Positions 53,500 through 64,000 of a DNA stretch of 64,000 nt are shown piece by piece; position 1 is the first letter of the stretch, and every line of letters begins with the position of its first letter. The stretch is from Octopus sinensis (Eukaryota), in the NCBI RefSeq assembly GCF_006345805.1, contig NC_043013.1, positions 40,114,001 through 40,178,000 of the forward strand, written 5' to 3'. A model generated the notes under the pieces. It was not told the origin of the DNA. It did no database searches and was given only the letters and a program-made list of their open reading frames with translations. Made by a program: the position numbers and the translations under genes.

Positions 53500-53825
53500 C
53501 TTAGTGGTTAGAGCGTCGGACTTTCAATCATGAGGTAGTGTGTTTCAATTCCCGTACCGGGCTGTAAGTTGTGTTCTTGAGCAAGACACTTTATTTCACG
53601 TTGTTCCAATTCATTCAGTTGTAGAAATGAATTGTGATGTCATTGGTGCCAAGCTGTATCGGCCCCTTTGCCTTTCCCTTGGATAACATCAGTGGTGTGG
53701 AGAGGAGAAGTTGGTATGCATGGGCAACTACTGGTCTTTCATAAACAACCTTGCCTGGACTTGTGCCTTCGATTCTTTCTAGGCGCAATCCCATGGTCAT
53801 TCATTACTGAAGGGATCTTTATCCT
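53500..53825 (+). mobile_element. SINE family D
   Basis: Similar to 2125-2450; ends in (CT)n. Confidence 0.8.
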
Positions 53826-53828
53826 CAT

Positions 53829-53899
<71 letters not shown>

Positions 53900-53980
53900 C
53901 ACACACACACCTGTTGATTCGTTAGCTACTGCACGCATTTTTTTTCTCTCCTTCTTTCTGTGTTTTTCTCTCTCTGTGTA

Positions 53981-54018
53981 TCTTTCTGTTGAAGAGCGTA
54001 GGCTCGAAACGTTAAAGA
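53981..54018 (+). ncRNA. Minimal type I hammerhead-like motif, family C (A6U, extra A after A9), in repeat 53920-54117
   Basis: TCTTT-CTGTTGA-A-GAGC-GTAG-GCTC-GAAAC-GTT-AAAGA: perfect stems I and II, palindromic AACGTT stem III. Confidence 0.65.
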
Positions 54019-54115
54019 CTTGTTTTATTTATATTTCCTGAGCGCCATACTAATACAATTGTTCGTTTGTCTTCCACCTGCCTTCGTCTTTTGTTTATTT
54101 TCATAAAGCTTCCCG

Positions 54116-54178
<63 letters not shown>

Positions 54179-55030
54179 ATTGTAGCAAGTAGCCATTTTG
54201 AAATAAGGCGCCAATTGGCAATATGATGTAATGTCGTATTGCCGAAGAATTATTAAATTTCGTTTTTTCCATTGGTTAATATAACTGCTCATATAAGGAT
54301 TCTAAAAAGTTACGTAAAGAATATTTGTAATGGATTTCGATTCTTTTAAGTCAAGTTGAGCAGTTATAAAAACCTTGGATTTTGGGAAAAACTTTAGTGT
54401 TTGTTGGATGTAACTGAACTCCACGACACTCACTCCTTTGAGACATTGGTGATTTTCATGCCATGTCCAAAGAAAAGTCGATAAGTCTATTTTGAATTGT
54501 TGATTCATTTATTAGTTAACTTTATGAATTAGCTAGTGAAATATATAGTCGTACTTCTACACGACGAAAACTATCTTCCCTTTCACATGTACATAATATA
54601 AAATGATATATCTCTTATTATAAAAGGCAGATTTTATCTGCCTCCCTTTGGGAGTTATACAAATCTACAATATAGGATTTCTTCAATTACAATTTACCTA
54701 GCAGTTTTAAGAGTACAATGCATCGCGTCATGCCAGGTCCAGTTTTTAAAATTTAAACTCCAATTAAGCAAAATTTACAGAAAACTCACATTCTGGTGTG
54801 TGTGTCAAATGCTTTTCTTAGTCTGGTTTACAGCACACGCAAACGCACACACACAGTGGGCAACGAATAAAATGAAAGTAATTGACTTACTGTAGTGAGT
54901 GATTCCTTCACTCTGCCTCCCACTTCTTCTTTCCACACATAGACACGCAAATATATAAATAAAATTGTAAGCTAACGTGCGTGTGTGTGAGTGGGTGTGT
55001 GTGGGTGTGCGCGTGTGTGTGTGTGTGAGG

Positions 55031-55066
<36 letters not shown>

Positions 55067-55130
55067 GCGTGAGTGTGTGACACGAAAGTTTTTTACGACG
55101 AATATAACACCTATATCCAAGTAGCAGAAA

Positions 55131-55515
55131 GATAAGACAGTAAGGTGTGATTTGAGGGAGATTTGGCTGCTATTTCTACCATGTCTAGCTGCCATGTAGG
55201 GGTCTCCCTCATAGGCTCATACATACATATATACATAGATAAGACAGTAAGGTGTGATTTGGGGGAAATTTGGCTGCTATTTCTACCAGGTCTAGCTGCC
55301 ATGTAGGGGTCTCCCTCATAGGCTCATACATACATATATACATAGATAAGACAGTAAGGTGTGATTTGGGGGAAATTTGGCTGCTATTTCTACCAGGTCT
55401 AGCTGCCATGTAGAGGCCCCCTCATTGGCTCATATATATATACATACATAAGACAGTAAGGTGTGATTTGAGGGAGATTTGGCTGCTGTTTCTACCAGGT
55501 CTGTTAGGCCTTCTC
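55131..55515. repeat. Tandem repeat, 107-bp unit, about 3.6 copies
   Basis: (G)ATAAGACAGTAAGGTGTGATTTG at 55131, 55238, 55345 and about 55447. Confidence 0.92.
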
Positions 55516-55867
55516 ATATAAACTCAAGCTTTCTCATGCCTTGAACATAAGACCAAAGCAGAGACTGTATTCTTTTATTCTTCTGCTTTTTCCAGCCATT
55601 GGTCTGTGGCCATGCTGGGGCAATGCCTTGAAGAATTGTACTTTAATGAATCAACTCCAGTTTTATTTTTGTAAGCATTGTACTTATTCTATCTGTTTCC
55701 TTTGTCAAACCACTAGGTGACAGGGATGTAAACAAACCAACATTCGTTGTCAAGCAGTGGTGGAGGACAATCACAAGCACAGACACGCACACACACACAC
55801 ATACATGCATACACATATACACACATACATACATACATACATAAATATATATGTGTGTATATATATA

Positions 55868-56190
55868 TTGCAGCGTGGAAGGTGTTTGTAAGCCATTTAA
55901 GAAACACACAAAAACCGTTACATTCACTTCAACATTTAAATTTAATTTGCCAAAATATTTTCGTCGCTTTGAGACCGCGACCTGTTCACTGACAAAAATA
56001 TCGTGCTAACAGGTCGCGGTCTCAAAGCGACGAAAATATTTTGACAAATTAAATTTAAATGTTGAAGTGAATCTAACGGTTTTTTTGTGTTTCTTAAATG
56101 GCTTATAAACACCTTCAACGCTGCAACTGTTTTCGTTCCAGCACACGATCTCAGATCAAGTCACTTGCTATGCAAGTACATCTCTGTAAC
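55868..56190. mobile_element. Non-autonomous hammerhead fold-back element, family F
   Basis: 55868-55987 versus 56008-56126 reverse complement, 20-nt loop, 64-nt extra tail on the right arm, (TA)n flanks. Confidence 0.85.
55946..55996 (-). ncRNA. Minimal type I hammerhead ribozyme, G3-C8 core variant
   Basis: TTTGTCA-GTGAACA-G-GTCGC-GGTCTCAAA-GCGAC-GAAAATATTT-TGGCAAA; 7-bp stem I (TGACAAA in the right arm), 5-bp stem II, palindromic AATATT stem III. Confidence 0.72.
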
Positions 56191-56224
56191 TATATATATA
56201 TTTATATATATATATATATGTATA

Positions 56225-56288
56225 TTGGTAAAAACAGTAAGATAACAAAAGAAAGAAAGAGACCTCAATATTATGTAAATAGAGGAAA
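56225..56288 (-). mobile_element. Isolated 3' tail of the family-1 PLE
   Basis: AGTAAGATAACAAAAGAAAGAAAGAGACCTCAATATTATGTAAATAGAGGAAA, identical to 6601-6653. Confidence 0.85.
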
Positions 56289-56683
56289 TCTTTATATATA
56301 AAAGTGAGGTTGTGTGTCTGTCTCCTACGATTTAGATTCCTAACTACTCCCACATTTTGCGGTGCAGTTTAACCAAAACCGGGTATCTTATAGTCGTGAT
56401 TCATATCGAGACCGTCTGGGTATTAGCGCGCGTCTACGATGAGTCTACGATTTAAAAATAAATTTACCATTAATTTTTCCCATTTTTAATCCATTTTTGA
56501 CATATATAAGGGAAGTAACTCTCTAAAATTTCTTATTAAATCTCAGAACGTAAAAAGCTACAGTAACACCCCTCCCCCTTTGTGGTTAGCCATATTGAGA
56601 TGGCTATTATACTTTACATCTCTAAAAATGCTTATATAATTATTTCCCTTACAAACCCGAGCAACGCCGGGCGATACTGCTAG
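56289..56683 (+). mobile_element. Complete non-autonomous Helitron (395 bp)
   Basis: A|TCTTTATATATAAAAG start, subterminal hairpin CCCGAGCAACGCCGGG, CTAG|T end, no TSD. Confidence 0.9.
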
Positions 56684-57110
56684 TTTATATAATAAAACTA
56701 ATTAAGAAAATGTTTTCTCTTCACGTTTTTCAACTGTGTATAAATAAATATGCATTTCTGTAATCATTAAATTATATTTTCTTATAGCGGTTAAATGAAC
56801 ATGAAGAAAATATTATACATACATGTCGTTAATATTCTTAGCGTTCCATAAGTATATTTCTCTATGGCGTTATATACTGAAGTTCGGGTTTGCGTATAAT
56901 GATAACACTTAAGTTATAAGTGATGTTTTAATCATTATATACACCCTTACTTAAAAAGCCAAATAAAATAATCTATTTCCCAATAGGAAACACAATAAAT
57001 AGCATTGCATTACTGTAACAAAACCAAATAGAGAATATACGATGTTAACATAACCTAAGAGAAAGCTCATGGTAGCTTAAAACCGCCCATTATATATATA
57101 TATATATACA

Positions 57111-57334
57111 TACGCGTGGAGTGTCAAAAGTTCCTGGCTTTAAGGGTGTCGCGAAACGCTTGGTTGTAGACCCAACCATCCGAGTTCTTTTATAGGGTTT
57201 AGAAAAACAAGTATGTGAATCTGAGAGGGGATTAATGAAATCATAATTGTATGCGTCAATAAAATCGTAATTAACTGATCCTCCTGTATTTTCTTTCACT
57301 CAAAACCAGGAACTTTTCAGTTCGCCCCACCCTA
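57111..57334. mobile_element. mariner-derived MITE
   Basis: Ends TACGCGTGGAGTGTCAAAAGTTCCTGG and CCAGGAACTTTTCAGTTCGCCCCACCCTA; TA flanks. Confidence 0.65.
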
Positions 57335-57397
57335 TATATATATATGGCCACAGCTCATAAGCTGAAACTAGAATCAATCATCAATCAATCAATCATA

Positions 57398-58612
57398 CGG
57401 GGTTGGACAAAATAATAGAAACACCTAAAAATTTCAAACAATTTTATTTTAATACGGGGTAGGATCACCTTCACCAGTAATTCAACGAGGTATGGACTCG
57501 TACAAAGTTTGAATTGTTTCAAAAGGAAATTTTGTCCATTCTTCAGCTAAAACAGTCTCCTGTTCTTGTAATGATGATTATGGAGGATATCGACTCCTTA
57601 CTTGTTTTGGTTTTGGTTTTTTTTAATACACCATAAATGTTCAATAATATTTAGATCTGGGGGCTGTGGTAGTGAGATAAGATGTTCAACTTCACCAGAA
57701 TGTTCTTCGTGCCATTCAGTAACAACTTTAGCTGTGTGATTTGGTGCATTATCATCCTGAAAGATTGCATTTCCCTCCGGAAACAGTTCCGCAACCATAG
57801 AATGAATTTGATCAGATATAATGCTTAAATAGTCGTGACTATTAATTCTGCTATGAAGGGAAACCATTGGGCCGGCGGATTTCCAAGATATAGCCCCCTC
57901 CTTCATGTTTAACAGTTGTAAGAAGGCAGTCTGGGTCAAATGCTTCTTTTGGTTGTCTCCACGCGTATACTCGGCCAGTGGTCGGAAGTAAGGTAACGGA
58001 TGACTCATCCGAGAAAATAACATTCTTCGACTGCTCTAGAGACTAATTCTGTAGGTTTTTACTCCACTCAAAACGCTTTGCAACGTTTGTTTTTGAAAGT
58101 AGTGGTTTTCTGATTGCAGTCTTCCCGTGAAATCCGGCTTTGTGCAGTTCCTGGAGAACTGTTTTTGTGGAAACCGGCTTCTCGAGGTGCTCATTAAGCT
58201 CTGCAGTAATTTTGGGAGCTATAGTTTTGTGATCCATTCTAACAATTCGTGTAAGAGTCCGGTCCCTATTTGAAAGTTTTGGTTTTCTTCCGGAGTTTTG
58301 TTTCGACGAGGTTTTCCCTCTTTTTTAAAGGTTATCATTACTTTCGAGGCAGTACTTCTTGATACATCAAATAATTCGGTTGTTTTCATTACGACAATTT
58401 AACCTCTTTGAAAGTCCGATAGATCTGTCATTTTAATGAACTTTAATTAGCTTTTTCAGATATCTGAAAAGAACCAGCAATTTTAGCAAAACAAAACATA
58501 TTAAGCAACAGTAATAATAAATCAAAATACAAAAATAAACGAACTTTTGACGGTTTTATAGATATTTCAGAATTATGTTCCTAGGTGTTTCCATTATTTT
58601 CTCCAACCCCTA
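57398..58612 (-). mobile_element. Full-length decayed Tc1-like transposon with DD36E spacing
   Basis: TIRs (C)GGGGTTGGACAAAATAATAGAAACACCT and AGGTGTTTCCATTATTTTCTCCAACCCC; FSDESS first D; FQDD-NAP..(36 aa)..PDLNIIE; about 1.2 kb. Confidence 0.9.
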
Positions 58613-59676
58613 CATATATATATATAAGTAAAAATTAATGAGTGCGTGCGTTACATAAAAAATATTTTCAGGATCAATCCTGAAAATATATATATATGTA
58701 TATATACATACGCAGATTCGCTCGCACACAGTGGATGCTGCATATACCGATGTTTCTTATAGGATAACTGGAGCTGTGAGGATTGAAAAGGTGACAAGCC
58801 AAGATGACTTATCTAACATCATGACGAAATTATATGGATGCAAACTATTTTGTTTTCTCGTTATTACTGAATAGCAGAAAGAGGCAAAAATAGTTGGATG
58901 ATTTCAGAGGAGCGGGGGTCTGCCTAGTCAGTTTTAGAACCGCTAGCTTAATGTAGTCACTTTCAATAACAATAACGAGCTGATGACACAAGTTTATCAT
59001 AAACAAGCAGCACTTACTCTTGAAGTCCAGCCAATAGTTATGATATTCAAATATAAACAATTTCATTACTTATGCCCTTTTGAAAGACATAATGAACGCT
59101 ACATTATCCATTTTCTCTTCTTCGGTGTCTCTAGGGTTAACCACTTCTATTGAATAGTCATAAACGACTTGTCAATAGTATTTAAGCCACCATATTATTT
59201 TCATTTTAAATAGTGTGTGTGTGTGGTGTGTGTGTGTGTGGTGTGTGTGGTGTGTGTGTGTGTGTGAACTTTTGTTAGTATTCACGTTACTAATGACCGC
59301 TCTTGGATCTATTTGAGGCACGTTTCGTTTGTGTGATTATTACTCTAAACGTACGTAAGCCTTTGAAAGTTAAAAGGTTAAAATGTATTTTTGTGTCTGA
59401 CAGAAAATGAAAACAATATTATGAATAAAATGTCTCAGCTGTCCCATTACATAATGGATGTGTGTATTTACTATGTAATTGACTTCCACATTTAATGCAA
59501 AGTATCGTGTGCGAGTGTGTATTGATACATATTCTCTTTCTGTTTAATATTTAAACAATTTGATGTTTTCATCTTTTAATAAAAACTATAAAAACCTATT
59601 TTGACTTTGCGTTGCTTAATTCTTTCTGTTTTAACTTTTTTTTTTTTTTTTGCTGTTGCCTCAACCATAAAGTAGT

Positions 59677-59810
59677 GGAGAGACATGGCCGAGTGGTTAG
59701 AGCAGCGGACACGCGGTCGAGAGATCGCGGGTTCGAATCTCAGACCGGGCGATGTGTGTGTTTATGAGTGAAACGCCTAAGCTCCACGCGGCTGCGGCAG
59801 AAGGTAATAA
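59677..59810 (+). mobile_element. tRNA-derived SINE head, further family
   Basis: TGGCCGAGTGG A box, GGGTTCGAATCTC B box, followed by non-tRNA sequence. Confidence 0.65.
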
Positions 59811-60019
59811 AGTACAGAAATTCCAGGTTCAATTCTAGTGTCTGGTGGCTTTGAGCCTTTCTGACCATTGGCAATAATTCTTTTTTTTTTTTTTAACTCT
59901 CTGGTCGTTTCCGAAATTGGGAGAGAAATCCTCTTTTACGAGAATAGAGGGGGAATATGGACAGCGTTGCACGCATCACTGAATGTTACTAATTTGTTTA
60001 AACACGTGAACTTTTACCT

Positions 60020-60375
60020 TTTATTTGTTTCAGTCATTTGACTGCGGCCAAGATGGAACACTGTCTTGAAACTAATCGGACGAATCGACCCCTTACTATA
60101 TTTTTAAGCCTGGTATTTATTCTTTCGGTCTCTTTTGCCGAACCGATAAATTACATGGACGTAAACCTACCAACACCGGTTGTCGAGCAGTGATGGAGCA
60201 CACACACTTATATAATACGACAGGCTTCTTTCAGTTTCTGTCAAACAAATCCACTCACAAGATTTTGGTCGGCCCGAGGCTATAGTAGAAGACACTTACT
60301 CAAGGTGCCACGCAGCGGACATGAACCCGGAACCATGTGGTTGGGAAGCAAACTTCTTACACAGCCACGCCTGGG
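60020..60375 (-). mobile_element. SINE family A
   Basis: Reverse complement of family A. Confidence 0.85.
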
Positions 60376-61569
60376 CCTAAATGAGTTCAGCATGCTGCAT
60401 AAAGCAAATGTTGTTCAGCCCCAGATCGGCCTCAATCGTTCAGTACCAAATCGTATCGATCGTTGTAACATGTCATCCCGTGGCGGCCACCGGTCTCAAA
60501 TGGCAGCAACAGAGTATATGGTGATTTTTGTCCTAGCTTCCCTTTCTTTCTTTCTTGTGAACCGATTATGCGAGGTGGGGTTGGGTTAGTGTTAAACGCC
60601 AGTTTCTGTGACCATGGAGAGAGAAATCTTATCTACAATAGACCGAAAGTCAGTTTGCCGACCCTCCCGAGATACAACTAAATTTGCTTCAAAACATGAG
60701 TCCACATCAAGAATCTTGCACAAGGCCTCAAATTTGTGGGGAGGGGCCTAATCGATTACAGATCGCCGCCTTAAAGATCAAACTAATAATGAAAAGTAAA
60801 AATTAGAAACCAATCACTGAGGATTATCCACTTATAAGATGCTTTCCTCTTTTTTTTTAAGTTAATCCATACAACCACTCACCCTTTTTCTAAAAGTTAA
60901 AAGAACGGTAGCATTTTAAATCTCAACAGCTTAGATCATAAAATACAGAAGCGCTAATATTAGGATTATCAATAAATAAACAAATGATTTTTTTTTTACT
61001 CCTTCTAACTGAAACTGCTAGATTCGTAAAATTAATTGGAAAAAAATGGTAAATATCTAGAAATCGTGTTGGTGCTTTTAAGAATATTGTTAAAGGGAAC
61101 ACGTTTGATACCAACAGTAGACAGACCACCTAGATTCATTCCCCAAATATTTTCAATTCTAACTGAAGCAGCTGCGAATGAAAACAATTAAGAATATCCT
61201 ACAGAAGCTAGTATTGATTGCAATCGTTAATATTCGAATTTTTTTTAAAAAGCTCTTTCTGTTTGAAAGAATCCTTTTCATTTTTCGAAAAAATAATATT
61301 AATGATTTCTAGCAAAGTCTGAAGGAGCCGCATTGTCGGTTCAATTATTTGACTTCTATTGGCCTCGGAAGGATGAAAGGCGAAGTCGACCCTGGTGGGA
61401 CTGACTTAGCACTTTATCCTTCAGGAATCGATAGAATAAAGTATCGGCCAAGTATTAGGTGATTAAAACTAAACTCTTCGCTGCCAAATTTTAAACCTTT
61501 CGCCTATATTTGAAACCAAATATATACAGTAAAGATCGGTAGATTTCAAAAGTATAGCACAAGTATCTT

Positions 61570-61918
61570 CTATTCTTTTACTTTTATCAGTCATTAGCCT
61601 GCGGCCATACAGGGACACCACGTTGAAGAATTTTAGTCGAAGAAATCGGCCCCAGGGCTTATTCTTTGTGAGCCTAGTGCTTATTCTATCGGTCTTTTTG
61701 CCGAACCGCTAGGTTATGGGGATATAAACACACCAATATCGGTTATCAAGCGATGTTGGTGGTCGAACCAATCAACCCCAATATTTGCTATTTTTTAAAC
61801 TTGCTACTTATTGTATCAGTCTCTTTTGCTGAACTGCTAGGTTACGGGGACGTAAACACACCAACACCGGTTTCAAGTGGTGGGAGGACAAACACAGGCA
61901 TATAGACACACAGATGTA

Positions 61919-61965
<47 letters not shown>

Positions 61966-62085
61966 GGCGGGCTTCTTTCAGTTTCCGCCTACCAAATCCA
62001 CTCGTAAGGGTTTGGTCAGCCCGAGGCTATAATAGAAGACATTTGCTCAGGGTGCCACACAATGAGACTGAACCCGGAACCATGT
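61570..62085 (-). mobile_element. SINE family A with internal duplication
   Basis: CGGTCTTTTTGCCGAACCGCTAGGTT segment present twice. Confidence 0.85.
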
Positions 62086-62414
62086 CTAATTAGTATCATA
62101 AGATATTTTCCATCAAGTAACAAATATTTACCGACGTGTGGATGCGCTTCTAAACAAACGAAACACATGTCAGACTGATTTAGTTACCCAACAAAAAAAT
62201 GACAATCTATACACATAAAAAAAACCATACCATTCAGCCTAAGGTAAGAATAGGTGTGAGTACTTTGAATTTGATGCATAAAAAGGTTCGGAAAATAGAG
62301 TGCACGTAACTTGACAACGCCAGAAACAAATAAATTGGGACTTGGCAAAAAAGGATAATTTAAAACGAGAGCACTCAGAGAGCGCAAACCTCCGCCAAGG
62401 CAACACCTACGTCC

Positions 62415-64000
62415 TTATTTTTTCAATTAGGCACAAGGCCTTAATAGATAAGGCCCAAAACAAAAACAGACAAAATAATACATTGGGGTACATAAAAATA
62501 CATATCGGATGAATTAAGGATATAATGAAAATGAGAATGGAATGGCTTACCTACCCCGCAAAGCAGGTAGTTCCATTTTATTGTTTTTAAACGAACAGTT
62601 CATATAGGTCTTGTATCTGTTGGTTTATAACATATACTCTATTAACTCTTCGAAGGCCACCACCGGCGGCAATTCGTCGTAACCAATTTGTATTCATGTC
62701 ATTTCTATTCTTTCACCAAACAACTCCTTCAATTTCTCTCCTCTTTCTTTTTCCAACAAAACAGCTTTAAAACCTTCGTTATACTCTTCGGCCGCTAATT
62801 TCACTCGGATAACGTTCTTCATCTTGGCAATTCTCTTCTCTATCTCTACACTTTTTAGGTATTGCACCATTGTTCTTATGTTTTTCCTCTTGGGTGTCAC
62901 TCTCCTTCTTTCCTCACCAATCCCCTCTTCTGCTACTGGCATTTCTGTCTCTGTCTATCTCTCATTGTGTTGTTATCATCTCTCTTTCATTTTCCTTTCT
63001 CTTCTGTACTCTTTCCTCCTTGCTAGTTGATGGTCTCTGCGTTCGTTCCTCACTTACTTTTGTTGTCTTTTCGTTTTTTTCTCTTCTCAGCCGTATTCTC
63101 TTGTTTTTTCACTCTGCTTCTCCTCTCCACTTGCCTTTCTTTTCTTCCTTGGACTTTTTGGTGGTGAGTCATTACTCTTCTTTCCTTTTACCACTGCATA
63201 TTGCTCTTCCATTTCCTCCTCCTCCACAGTTTCATCCTCTTCTTCCTGATATTCCTTCCCTGTCTCCTCCTCTTCGTGTTTCTGGGGACACTTAGCTTTC
63301 ATGTGTCCTCTTACTCCACAAAGAAAACATACAGGCGGTGTTCCTTCCACCACTGTTCTCAACCTTGCTTCGTCTGGCAGTATCAATTCTTCCGCAATCT
63401 TGTGGAGGTCTGGCAAGCTTATATGGACCAATACCTCTGGCCCAAACCCCCAGCAGTTCACCTCTGTAGTTCTTGATATTTCCAATATCTCAGTGTCCTC
63501 CTCTGTGTTGAAGAGAATGGCTGCCACCAGCCACGCCTCATCAAATTCTGGGGGAACTCTACCTATTCTTACTCTGGCCGCACGTTTGCCACAGTAAGTC
63601 GGAAGTAGTGCCCACTCTGCTGATCTCAAAGGCACAGTAGAGTATTTTCTCGCTTCTTCTTCACTCACGAAGCGTACCTCCACTGTGCCATATTTCCTTC
63701 CTCTGGTGTAGTACGTCGTTACGTTCTTAATCTCTCTCAGGCACACATCGACCGCCTCCACCGCTGCTATTTCCACCTTTTTTGTTGCAATATTCAATGT
63801 TCTGTACACAATAGTTTCCTTCTCCGTTTTTTTCTAACACTTCTTTGGGAGGCGTCGGCCTTAGGCTATCTCCCTCCTTTTTCAATAAATTATTACATTT
63901 CTTAAAGTTTTTCTCCTGTAATTTAATTTCTTTAACTTGCAGTACCTCTGCTGACAGGCTTTTGCCAGTCACTGCAGCATAACCGCCCGCTTGCACTGAT
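62415..64000 (-). mobile_element. ORF1-only L1/Tx1-like retroelement (HAL1-like), runs off the window end
   Basis: Gag-like ORF1 ends near 62694 and is followed by about 280 bp of UTR and an A-rich end, with no endonuclease/RT ORF2. Confidence 0.6.
63087..63809 (-). CDS. Largest open segment of LINE ORF1 protein with CX2CX4HX4C zinc knuckle
   Basis: ARVRIGRVPPEF.., RTVVEGTPPVCFLCGVRGHMKAKCP, then acidic and basic low-complexity region; frameshifted continuation on both sides. Confidence 0.8.
   Translation of the reverse strand: MYRTLNIATKKVEIAAVEAVDVCLREIKNVTTYYTRGRKYGTVEVRFVSEEEARKYSTVPLRSAEWALLPTYCGKRAARVRIGRVPPEFDEAWLVAAILFNTEEDTEILEISRTTEVNCWGFGPEVLVHISLPDLHKIAEELILPDEARLRTVVEGTPPVCFLCGVRGHMKAKCPQKHEEEETGKEYQEEEDETVEEEEMEEQYAVVKGKKSNDSPPKSPRKKRKASGEEKQSEKTREYG

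Noticed and set aside
58740-58850. YTDVSY..IEKVTSQDDLSNIMTKL resembling the end of a copia RNase H
   Set aside because: Short and gapped similarity with no other LTR-element features nearby.

Overview
Repeat-dense, gene-poor eukaryotic DNA. The SINE families and (TA)n/(GATA)n microsatellite load point to a coleoid cephalopod, very probably Octopus (recognised from memory, not database-checked). No intact host gene is recognisable, only a few phase-compatible candidate exons on the + strand, and most ORFs in the supplied track are microsatellite read-throughs. Contents: three or more tRNA-derived SINE families (about 30 copies), decayed LINEs (RTE, CR1-like, Tx1/L1), an ORF1-only L1/Tx1-like element, DNA transposon relics (hAT Buster/Charlie-like, DD37D maT, DD36E Tc1, MITEs), Helitrons, and Penelope-like elements (PLEs) with GIY-YIG endonuclease. 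Main result of the hunt: at least six distinct sequence families carry minimal type I hammerhead ribozyme motifs. Two sit downstream of PLE ORFs and four are in short non-coding elements; most of the latter show the PLE-type head-to-head fold-back structure, often inside (TA)n. One of them has a tRNA-derived Pol III head. Across families the core 3-8 tertiary pair occurs as C-G, U-A and G-C, compensatory covariation that argues for selected ribozyme function. This suggests a PLE-driven set of non-autonomous hammerhead retroelements (retrozyme-like and SINE-like). All structures were folded by eye and none has been tested for cleavage.
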